The translations under genes and the position numbers were made by a program. Below the pieces are notes generated by a model. The model was not told the DNA's origin. It searched no databases and saw only the letters and a list, made by a program, of their open reading frames with translations. DNA of 48,009 nt from an uncultured Rikenellaceae bacterium (GTDB taxonomy: Bacteria; Bacteroidota; Bacteroidia; Bacteroidales; VadinHA17): the NCBI GenBank assembly GCA_964446435.1, contig CAYUOS010000002.1, positions 1 to 48,009 on the forward strand, written 5' to 3'. This document shows, piece after piece, positions 27,111 to 34,956 of the stretch (position 1 is its first letter; each line of letters begins with the position of its first letter).

Positions 27111-28730
27111 ATGCAGAAAATGTTACTACTTGGTGATGAGGCAATCGCGCAGGCTGCAATTGATGCAGGAATGAGCGGTATGTATGCCTATCCCGGTACT
27201 CCCTCAACAGAGATAATGGAGTATGTTCAGAGATCGGCTGTTGCGCGTGAGAAGAATATACACCGGGAATGGTCAGCCAATGAAAAGACATCAATGGAAG
27301 CCGCCCTGGGTCTGTCGTATGCCGGTAAGCGGGCTATGGTGGCAATGAAGCATGTGGGACTGAATGTTGCGGCAGATGGATTTATCAATGCAGCAATAAC
27401 CGGTGTCAATGGAGGATTGCTGGTGGTGGCTGCAGATGACCCTTCAATGCACTCTTCACAGAATGAACAGGATTCGAGGTTCTACGCCAAGTTTTCTTTC
27501 GTTCCTGTACTTGAACCATCAAATCAGCAGGAGGCATATGATATGGTCTTTGCCGGTTTCGAGCTGTCAGAAAAGTACAAAGTGCCTGTTATGCTGCGCA
27601 TAACGACTCGTCTGGCACACTCTCGTTCGGGTGTTGTAAGGCGCACTGAAATAATGCAGAATAACATCTCACTACCTTCAGACCCAAGACAGTTTGTCCT
27701 GTTGCCTGCAATAGCAAGGCGGAGGTACCATGCGTTGCTGGGGACATACGAAACACTCAGACGCGACTCCCTGATTGGTGACTATAACAGATATTCTCCT
27801 GGTACTGACCGGAGGCTTGGTGTAATTGCCTTTGGAATAGCCTATAACTATCTGATGGAAAACTACCCCGACAGGGTTATTCCATACCCCGTTCTCAAAA
27901 TATCGTCCTATCCCCCTGAAAACATCCTGTTTGAAAGAATTGATGCCGATTCAGATGAATTGCTGATACTTGAAGAAGGCTACCCGATTATGGAAGAGCT
28001 TTTAAGGGGTATCCTTCCGGGTGTCAGAAAAATCAGGGGAAGACTTGACGGGGCTATACCGAGGGAGGGCGAACTGAATCCCAATATTGTCGCTTCAGCC
28101 TTGGGAATGCCACTAACCCGTGGAGAAGATGTGCCTTCGATAGTAAGGATGAGGCCACCATCATTTTGTAAGGGTTGCGGTCATGCCGACGTATATATGG
28201 CCCTTCATGAGGCACTTGCCCCATATTCACCCGGAAGGGTCTTCTCAGATATAGGCTGCTATACACTCGGGGCGTTACCTCCTTATAACGCTATTAACAG
28301 CTGCGTTGATATGGGTGCGTCGGTTACAATGGCCGTAGGGGCTGCTGACGCCGGACTCGTACCGGCAGTTGCGGTGATTGGAGATTCAACCTTCACACAT
28401 TCAGGGATGACCGGTTTGCTCGATGCGGTGATGAAGAACTCACCTGTAACAATCATCATCTCAGATAACTCCACAACCGGAATGACCGGTGGCCAGAAAT
28501 CACATGCCACAGACAGGCTGGAAGCTATTTGTCAGGGCCTCGGAGTGGGTAAAGATCGCATCAGGACGATAATACCACTTAAGAAGAACCATGAAGAGAA
28601 CATCAAAGTGATGAAGGAAGAACTGGCCTATAACGGGGTCTCAGTTATTATTGCCAGAAGGGAGTGCATACAGACTGCCACAAAGAAGAAGAAAGAGGCA
28701 GGCAAACAAACAGATAAGATTGACAGATAA
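27111..28730 (+). CDS. iorA: indolepyruvate:ferredoxin oxidoreductase, alpha (TPP-binding) subunit
   Basis: 539 aa. The N-terminus is LLGDEAIAQAAIDAGM..YPGTPSTEI. It also has FCKGCGH and the TPP motif GDSTFTHSG. No CxxCxxCxxxCP ferredoxin module is present. Confidence 0.85.
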   Translation: MQKMLLLGDEAIAQAAIDAGMSGMYAYPGTPSTEIMEYVQRSAVAREKNIHREWSANEKTSMEAALGLSYAGKRAMVAMKHVGLNVAADGFINAAITGVNGGLLVVAADDPSMHSSQNEQDSRFYAKFSFVPVLEPSNQQEAYDMVFAGFELSEKYKVPVMLRITTRLAHSRSGVVRRTEIMQNNISLPSDPRQFVLLPAIARRRYHALLGTYETLRRDSLIGDYNRYSPGTDRRLGVIAFGIAYNYLMENYPDRVIPYPVLKISSYPPENILFERIDADSDELLILEEGYPIMEELLRGILPGVRKIRGRLDGAIPREGELNPNIVASALGMPLTRGEDVPSIVRMRPPSFCKGCGHADVYMALHEALAPYSPGRVFSDIGCYTLGALPPYNAINSCVDMGASVTMAVGAADAGLVPAVAVIGDSTFTHSGMTGLLDAVMKNSPVTIIISDNSTTGMTGGQKSHATDRLEAICQGLGVGKDRIRTIIPLKKNHEENIKVMKEELAYNGVSVIIARRECIQTATKKKKEAGKQTDKIDR

Positions 28731-28732
28731 GA

Positions 28733-29317
28733 ATGAATACGATGAGGAACGATATCATACTTGCAGGAGTTGGTGGCCAGGGTATACTCTCAATAGCAGC
28801 GGTGATAGGGCTGGCGGCTGTTGAAACAGGCCTGTATCTTAAGCAATCTGAGGTCCATGGTATGAGCCAGCGCGGTGGAGACGTGCAGTCGCACCTCCGT
28901 CTGTCTGACACCCCCGTGGCTTCTGATCTGATACCCTACGGTAAAGCCGACCTGATTATCTCGGTTGAACCAATGGAGTCACTGAGGTATCTTCCATGGC
29001 TTTCGCATGATGGCTGGCTGGTGACAAACTCTACACCATTCATCAATATACCCGATTACCCTGAACAGGAAGCAATACTGGCCGAGGTGCGCAAGGTGAG
29101 GAATCATATCATAATTGATGCTGACGTAATAGCCAGGGAAGCCGGATCGGCACGATCCGGGAATATGGTTGTGCTGGGAGCTGCATCGCACTATATTGAT
29201 CTTTCATATGAGAGCCTGCAGTCTGCAGTGCATAAGCTTTTTGGAAGGAAAGGGGAGGAGATAGTCTCTGTTAATCTTAAGGCTCTCCAGGCGGGTCGCG
29301 ACTTCAGCCATAAATAA
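28733..29317 (+). CDS. iorB: indolepyruvate oxidoreductase, beta subunit
   Basis: 194 aa starting 2 nt after the iorA stop. It carries the GVGGQGILS motif of the 2-oxoacid:ferredoxin oxidoreductase gamma-like domain. Confidence 0.85.
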   Translation: MNTMRNDIILAGVGGQGILSIAAVIGLAAVETGLYLKQSEVHGMSQRGGDVQSHLRLSDTPVASDLIPYGKADLIISVEPMESLRYLPWLSHDGWLVTNSTPFINIPDYPEQEAILAEVRKVRNHIIIDADVIAREAGSARSGNMVVLGAASHYIDLSYESLQSAVHKLFGRKGEEIVSVNLKALQAGRDFSHK

Positions 29318-29428
29318 CCAACTATTCTGTTAACCTTTTTTAACTGTTTATAAACATGTTGGTTGCCTTCAACGTGAAGGAATGATTTGTTTAATTTGGT
29401 AGCATACAAATCATAAACCTAACACCCT

Positions 29429-31777
29429 ATGAAGAAGCTTCTAACACTATTCGCTGTCTGTATGATAACAGGCACGCTTATTGCCCAGCAGGCCAATTTC
29501 AGGGCGGCAGAAAAGTATTCTGCTGCCAATCTAAGACCCACCACAGGAGATATGAGCCTTAATTTTGGAGGTGCCGGAGCCAATGCCGGATGGATTGGCG
29601 ACTTTGATATCTTCTGGTATTCTTTCAGAACCCCGGCAGGTAAGAATTTTTATTATGTAGATGCTGCAAAAAAGACAAAGCGCCAACTCTTTGACAGTAA
29701 ATACATGGCAGCCCAGATGCAGCTGCTCGTAAAGAAGAATTATAATTTCAGGGATCTTCCACTTCGCGATATCGAATTCGAGGAGAAGAGTGCAACAAGA
29801 TTCACTTTCGTAGCCGATTCAATAAAATTCCTCTATGACATAACAACATCGAAGTTGGCTATCAAGGATACCATAAGGCGTACGCGGCCTGAGAGAAGGC
29901 CAACCTGGCCTTCATACTCACCTGACAGTACCTGGATAACCTTCGGAAGAGGTTATGATCTATACATGATGAAGGCAGGAGACAAGGATAGTGTGGAAAT
30001 CAGGTTAACAACCGACGGGGAAGCGTATTACAGTTATACCAACGCCTCCAATACCAGCACCCCTGATACAGCCAGAAGGGTTGCGGCACGCGTTAACTGG
30101 TTCAGAAACTCCGAGAAGTTCTACGTAACAAGAAATGATACAAGACTTGTAAAGGACCTATGGGTAATAAATGCACTCTCAACACCCAGACCAACACTCA
30201 CGACATACCGCTACGCGATGCCGGGCGAGGAGCATGTGGGCCAGAGTGAGCTGACAATATGGGAGGCGGCAACCCAAAAGCGTGTCGATGTTGACCTTAA
30301 GAAATTCGGAAATCAGTTCAACTCGGTTCGCTGGACCCCAAGGGAGAGTTCCGACAGGATGATTGTAACACGAAAATGCAGGTCCTACAAGCATATTGAT
30401 ATATGTATGGTAAACACCAGCACCGGCGAGGTTAAGGTGTTGTTCAGTGAGACAATTGAGCCATATATCAGCGGAGAAAGCCTGCATATACTGAATGAAG
30501 GTAAAGATATTCTCTGGCTGTCAGAGCGCTCGGGCTGGAAACAGATTTACCGTTATGATGGTGATGGTAATCTCAGGAACCAGATAACTGATGACTATTA
30601 TGTTGTCGGAGGCATTCAGCGAATTGACACTGCAGCAAGGGTTATTTATTTCAACGCCTATGGAAGGGAGAATAATGTACACCCCTATTACAGTCTGATG
30701 TACCGGGCCTCGATCGACAAGCAGGGAGTTACTCTCATAACCAGGGAACCGGCCAATCACTCCATGACAATGTCAAAGAGCAACAAGTTCTTTGTAAATA
30801 CATACTCTACAGTTGACAAGGCTCCGAAGATTGTATTGAGGGATGCATCGGGCAATGTTGTAATGGATATTGAGACAGTAGACCTGACAGAGCTCTATAA
30901 AACCGGCTGGAAACCTGCCGAAGTATTTACCGTCAAAGCTCGTGATGGCATAACTGATCTGTACGGTGTAATGTATAAGCCGTACGATTTTGATTCTACC
31001 CGGAAGTATCCAATAATATCATACGTTTATCCCGGGCCTCAGACAGAGTCAGTACCATATGGCTTTACCGTCGGAGGAGCTCAGATCACACTGGCACAAA
31101 TTGGTTTCATAGTGGTCAACTTCGGTCACAGGGGAGGAAGTCCGATGAGAGATCAGTTCTACCATTCCTACGGTTATCAGAACCTTCGTGACTACGCACT
31201 TGAGGATGATAAATACGGGCTGGAACAGCTGGCTGACAGGTTTGACTTCATTGATATAACAAAGGTTGGTATCTATGGTCATTCAGGCGGTGGATTCATG
31301 TCGACGGCGGCAATCCTTACATACCCTGAGTTTTATAAAGTTGCGGTCTCCTCAGCAGGTAATCATGACAACAATATCTATAACCGTAACTGGAGCGAAT
31401 CCAATCATGGTGTTAAGGAAATAAGACGTACCGTAAAGGTCAAGGATGCTGAGACAGGCGAGGAGCGGGAGGAGCTAAGGATAACATTTGAATCAAAGAC
31501 GAAATCGAATGCCGAGCTTGCAGCCAATCTGAGAGGATACCTGCTGCTGGTTCACGGAGAAGTCGATGACAACGTACATCCCGGAAATACTTCGCGGGTG
31601 GTTGATGCTCTGATCAAAGCCAATAAGAGGTTTGATATGCTTATGATACCGGGTGCTGCTCACGGATTCGGAAGTGCACAGGGGTATTTTGAGCGAATGA
31701 GATGGTATTATTTCGCTGAGCACCTGCTGGGTGACTACAGGAACAATGTTGACATGGATGACTATCTTTACCGGTGA
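29429..31777 (+). CDS. S9 family serine peptidase (dipeptidyl-peptidase IV-like)
   Basis: 782 aa with a signal peptide and a long beta-propeller-like N-terminal region. The C-terminal alpha/beta hydrolase domain has the nucleophile motif GHSGGG, then VHGEVDDNV and GAAHGF. Confidence 0.85.
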   Translation: MKKLLTLFAVCMITGTLIAQQANFRAAEKYSAANLRPTTGDMSLNFGGAGANAGWIGDFDIFWYSFRTPAGKNFYYVDAAKKTKRQLFDSKYMAAQMQLLVKKNYNFRDLPLRDIEFEEKSATRFTFVADSIKFLYDITTSKLAIKDTIRRTRPERRPTWPSYSPDSTWITFGRGYDLYMMKAGDKDSVEIRLTTDGEAYYSYTNASNTSTPDTARRVAARVNWFRNSEKFYVTRNDTRLVKDLWVINALSTPRPTLTTYRYAMPGEEHVGQSELTIWEAATQKRVDVDLKKFGNQFNSVRWTPRESSDRMIVTRKCRSYKHIDICMVNTSTGEVKVLFSETIEPYISGESLHILNEGKDILWLSERSGWKQIYRYDGDGNLRNQITDDYYVVGGIQRIDTAARVIYFNAYGRENNVHPYYSLMYRASIDKQGVTLITREPANHSMTMSKSNKFFVNTYSTVDKAPKIVLRDASGNVVMDIETVDLTELYKTGWKPAEVFTVKARDGITDLYGVMYKPYDFDSTRKYPIISYVYPGPQTESVPYGFTVGGAQITLAQIGFIVVNFGHRGGSPMRDQFYHSYGYQNLRDYALEDDKYGLEQLADRFDFIDITKVGIYGHSGGGFMSTAAILTYPEFYKVAVSSAGNHDNNIYNRNWSESNHGVKEIRRTVKVKDAETGEEREELRITFESKTKSNAELAANLRGYLLLVHGEVDDNVHPGNTSRVVDALIKANKRFDMLMIPGAAHGFGSAQGYFERMRWYYFAEHLLGDYRNNVDMDDYLYR

Positions 31778-31805
31778 TAAAACAGTATTTAAGTCTTATT
31801 AATGC

Positions 31806-31813
31806 TACTTTTG
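31806..31813 (+). promoter_or_regulatory. candidate -7 promoter box TACTTTTG for the thioredoxin-like gene
   Basis: Perfect TAnnTTTG, 18 nt upstream of the ATG at 31832. It lies downstream of the ORF-track ATG at 31802. Confidence 0.45.
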
Positions 31814-31831
31814 CAGAAAATACGATTAAAT

Positions 31832-32311
31832 ATGAAACAAGGAATTGTTACACTTACGGTCATTATTATGCTGATGGTATTCGGTGGCCGCGCTACTGGT
31901 CAGGTAAAGTTATATGATCCTGAGCTTGACGGTATGAAGCAGCTGAATGAGGCAATCGCCAGTGCAAAGGCAGCCAACAAGCATGTCTTTGTGCAGATCG
32001 GAGGGAACTGGTGCGTATGGTGCATAAAGTTCGATGCCTTCTGCAAGGAGGATGCTGAAATCACAAAGCTGATCAATGACAACTATATCACTGTTAAGCT
32101 TAACTTCAGTCCTGAGAACCGCAACGAGGCGGCCACAAAATTCATCGGGGGAAATCCCGGCAGGTTTGGCTATCCTGTTTTCGTTATCCTCGGTACTGAT
32201 GGGAAACGTATTCATACCCAGGATTCTGCTTTGCTTGAGCAGGGCGATGGATACAGCAAGGCCAAGGTGGTCTCCTTCCTTAAGGGATGGACAATTGACG
32301 CGGTTAAATAG
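31832..32311 (+). CDS. exported thioredoxin-fold protein (DUF255 / thioredoxin_7-like)
   Basis: The signal peptide is MKQGIVTLTVIIMLMVFGGRATGQ and the active-site-like motif is WCVWC. The start is moved to 31832 (159 aa) because of the promoter box. Confidence 0.8.
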   Translation: MKQGIVTLTVIIMLMVFGGRATGQVKLYDPELDGMKQLNEAIASAKAANKHVFVQIGGNWCVWCIKFDAFCKEDAEITKLINDNYITVKLNFSPENRNEAATKFIGGNPGRFGYPVFVILGTDGKRIHTQDSALLEQGDGYSKAKVVSFLKGWTIDAVK

Positions 32312-32336
32312 CCGCTGAGCCACGGCATTGAGAAAT

Positions 32337-32373
32337 AAAGAGGAGGCTGCCCTGAACCGGCAGCCTCCTCTTT
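32337..32373. terminator. bidirectional Rho-independent terminator between the thioredoxin-like gene and ssb
   Basis: 15-bp stem AAAGAGGAGGCTGCC (32337..32351) pairs with GGCAGCCTCCTCTTT (32359..32373) around a 7-nt loop. It has an A-rich 5' flank and a T-rich 3' flank, so it can terminate both convergent genes. Confidence 0.85.
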
Positions 32374-32377
32374 ATTT

Positions 32378-32728
32378 CTAGGCCTCCTTCTCCTTTTGAG
32401 ACCGCAGTAGCAGGATGTCGGTAAGCACAATGTCTGTGAAGTACTTTATCGAGCCATCCTTGTCCTCATACGAGCGATGCGATATCCTTCCCTCAACAGC
32501 AACCTCCCTGCCTTTCTTGAGAAATTTCCCGGCTATTTCTGCCAGACCGTTCCATGCAACGATGTTATGCCAGGTCGTTTCATCAACCTTCTGGCCATCA
32601 CCATTCCTGTAACTCTCTGTTGTTGCGAGAGTGAACCTAGCCACACTTTTTCCCTTTTCTGTTTTCTTGATCTCCGGATCCTGTCCCAGGTTCCCGATCA
32701 GCTGCACCCTGTTTCTTAAACTGTTCAT
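32378..32728 (-). CDS. ssb: single-stranded DNA-binding protein, short form without acidic tail
   Basis: 116 aa with an OB fold (NRVQLIGNLGQDPE, TTWHNIVAWN, GREVAVEGRI). The C-terminus is LLLRSQKEKEA, not the acidic D-D-D-I-P-F type tip. Confidence 0.85.
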   Translation of the reverse strand: MNSLRNRVQLIGNLGQDPEIKKTEKGKSVARFTLATTESYRNGDGQKVDETTWHNIVAWNGLAEIAGKFLKKGREVAVEGRISHRSYEDKDGSIKYFTDIVLTDILLLRSQKEKEA

Positions 32729-32769
32729 AGCACTTCTTTTTTTGGTTTAACATAGCGAGTTATCTGTAG

Positions 32770-32777
32770 CAAACTTA
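32770..32777 (-). promoter_or_regulatory. candidate -7 promoter box TAAGTTTG for ssb
   Basis: The plus strand reads CAAACTTA, which is TAAGTTTG on the minus strand. It lies 41 nt upstream of the ssb ATG at 32728. Confidence 0.4.
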
Positions 32778-32780
32778 CAG

Positions 32781-32867
32781 CCGTTTAAGAAACCGTTTCG
32801 GTTTATAATTGATTAGATACGCTTAATAACCATTTATTATCGTTTGTAACCGTTTAAAACGTTTTTT
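32781..32867. promoter_or_regulatory. two clusters of iterated CGTTT motifs in the ssb / Zn-ribbon divergent intergenic region
   Basis: CGTTT occurs on the plus strand at 32782, 32794, 32841, 32851 and 32860. Three of these are CCGTTT. Cluster A contains the palindrome AAACCG-TTT-CGGTTT (32790..32804). Cluster B contains the palindrome AAACGTTT (32857..32864). Confidence 0.5.
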
Positions 32868-32893
32868 ACTATCTTTATCAAAACTTTAGCGTT

Positions 32894-33256
32894 GTGGAAA
32901 GGAATTGTCTCGATTGCGGTGACGTCCTGAGAGGCCGATCCGATAAAAAATTCTGCTCTGATCAGTGCCGAAACAACTACAACAACAGGCAGAACAAGGA
33001 TGCCAACAGTTATGTGCGCAATGTTCACCAGGTACTGCGGCGTAACAGGCGCATTCTGTCGGACCTTTACGATGAGGGCCGGCACAAGGTACATAAGGAC
33101 GCCCTTTTTGCCCTTGGTTTCAATTTCAGCTTCTTTACTCATACCATTGAAACCTCAGCAGGAGAGAAGTTCAGATACTGCTACGAATTTGGAATTAGGG
33201 CTACGGGCGACGATTTTGCCGAGATAAGGGTCAACAGTGAATTTCTCGAGCCATAG
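32894..33256 (+). CDS. Zn-ribbon protein of unknown function
   Basis: 120 aa with a GTG start. The N-terminus is NCLDCGDVL.GRSDKKFCSDQCRNNYNN (CxxC..CxxxC), followed by a basic segment. A near-consensus -7 box TATCTTTA lies at 32870..32877. Confidence 0.65.
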   Translation: MERNCLDCGDVLRGRSDKKFCSDQCRNNYNNRQNKDANSYVRNVHQVLRRNRRILSDLYDEGRHKVHKDALFALGFNFSFFTHTIETSAGEKFRYCYEFGIRATGDDFAEIRVNSEFLEP

Positions 33257-33265
33257 CCAAAAAGA

Positions 33266-33300
33266 AACGCAGCCACTGGATTATTCCAGGCGGCTGCGTT
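33266..33300 (-). terminator. Rho-independent terminator of the M28 peptidase pair
   Basis: The stem is AACGCAGCC(A)CTGG paired with CCAG(GC)GGCTGCGTT, giving 13 bp with a small internal loop and a 6-nt apical loop. On the minus strand it is followed by TCTTTTTGG. Confidence 0.7.
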
Positions 33301-33319
33301 AAGAAGGATTACTTAATAT

Positions 33320-34948
33320 CTATTTCCAGTTTGTATTTGCGAGATCCCAGAGATTGGTAAAGGTTATCTTAATCACCTTCTCCATAATATCCCAGTCAAT
33401 TGTTGATGTCTCATCAGCAGGAGTATGATATTCCTCCCTGTGTCCGGGCTTGAACCTCATAATGGGTATTCCTTTTGCAACGAAAGACCTGTGATCACTT
33501 CCTCCCGGAGGATTGTCGGAGGGCTGGTAATCAGGTTTCAGTCTGATATTGTACAGGCCCATGTTTTTCTCCGTTATTTCCCTGAAGAGAGGATGGGAGG
33601 CGGTATAGGTCATTGTAACTGCATCTGGTTGGTCATCAGATATGTATCTTGATATCATGTCGAAATTGATATGCATCTTGATGTTATCCAGCGGCACTGT
33701 CGGGTTGTCAACCCAGTACCTTGATCCCAGCAGGCCTCTCTCTTCTGCGGTCCATAGTGCGAAGATGATTGTCTTCTGAGGTTTTACGCCTGTAGCCATA
33801 ACAGCTTTGGCAAGTGTCATTACACCTACCGTGCCTGAAGCATTATCATCGGCTCCATTCCAGATGTAGCCGTTACCAATGCCCATATGGTCGTAGTGTG
33901 CACCTACAACGATTATCTCATCCCTTTTGACACCCTCAATCACTCCAATAACGTTTCTGACATTTATAAGGGAGGTGTTCACCGTTGATACGAGTTTAAC
34001 TCTCTTGCCTGCCACGTCAGGAACCTGTACCGCCTGACGGGTTCCGAAACCTGCCACATACTGCTCAACTGTTAATCCTGAGGATTCGAGAATTTCATTG
34101 GCCAGGCGTGCAGAAACGGTAATCCTTGGCATCTGTCCCTGAATTACGGGCTGTGGAATGGAATAGCTTGCCGATGGCCTGCCTGTTCGTGGACGACCCT
34201 CTGACGGTGACATGTTGAAAAAATTCATTTGTTCAATGCCTGACGCAAGTACGATTGTACCGGGACTTACCTCAAGTACTGCAATAGCACCCAGTTCCCT
34301 TGCTGCGACATCCTTTGAGGCATTAACCTCGTTAATGTTCGCACCTGACATTCTGATTGAGGCAGGGATGCCTGATATCCTGAGTATTACCTTGCCCCTG
34401 ACATCTTTTTTGGTAAAGTCATTGTGCCTGTCATGCCTGATTCCATAGCCTACGAACACCACAGGTGCATCTATTTCGAGCCCTGCAGCAGTGTTTCTGA
34501 AAGAGTAATCAACATTATAGGTGAAGTGGGTTGTCTTTGAACCTGCAGGGGTTGCTGTAACTACTGACATTGTCTGCTGGTTGCCCGGCATAGACTTAAC
34601 CAGCTGGAAGTTCTGGAAGTATGAACGCTCTCTTTGTCCCTGTCGTCCTCCCATGCCACCAGCACCGGCATACATACCGGCAGGTCCGGCTGAGATATCT
34701 CCACCCGGAGCCACTCCAAACAGTTGCAGCATGCTGGCAATGTAGTCGGCTGAGATGTATTCGCCTTTTTCGCCGGTCTCCCTGCCTTCCATCCAGTCAG
34801 ATGCGAGGAAGGTTAGTTGTGCCTTGAGCACATTTTCGGTTATGACATCAAGACCTTTTCTGACATCCTCACTTCTTGACTGTGCTGAAGCGTTGACCAG
34901 TATCAGGGCCATTACGGCCGAAATGGCCAGAGTTCTGATTATTTTCAT
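33320..34948 (-). CDS. M28 family metallopeptidase (with PA-like insert), paralogue 1
   Basis: 542 aa with a signal peptide. Motifs are FLASDWMEGRETGEKGEY, VVGAHYDH, NGADDNASGTVGV and TAEERGLLGS. Confidence 0.85.
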   Translation of the reverse strand: MKIIRTLAISAVMALILVNASAQSRSEDVRKGLDVITENVLKAQLTFLASDWMEGRETGEKGEYISADYIASMLQLFGVAPGGDISAGPAGMYAGAGGMGGRQGQRERSYFQNFQLVKSMPGNQQTMSVVTATPAGSKTTHFTYNVDYSFRNTAAGLEIDAPVVFVGYGIRHDRHNDFTKKDVRGKVILRISGIPASIRMSGANINEVNASKDVAARELGAIAVLEVSPGTIVLASGIEQMNFFNMSPSEGRPRTGRPSASYSIPQPVIQGQMPRITVSARLANEILESSGLTVEQYVAGFGTRQAVQVPDVAGKRVKLVSTVNTSLINVRNVIGVIEGVKRDEIIVVGAHYDHMGIGNGYIWNGADDNASGTVGVMTLAKAVMATGVKPQKTIIFALWTAEERGLLGSRYWVDNPTVPLDNIKMHINFDMISRYISDDQPDAVTMTYTASHPLFREITEKNMGLYNIRLKPDYQPSDNPPGGSDHRSFVAKGIPIMRFKPGHREEYHTPADETSTIDWDIMEKVIKITFTNLWDLANTNWK

Positions 34949-34956
34949 CTGCCTGC

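Noticed and set aside
32837-33142. A 101-aa minus-strand ORF with a hydrophobic stretch, antisense to the Zn-ribbon gene.
   Set aside because: The plus-strand frame has a clear CxxC..CxxxC Zn-ribbon with the KKFCSDQCRNNYNN motif and a near-consensus promoter box. The antisense ORF would start inside the neighbouring promoter region and has no recognisable features.
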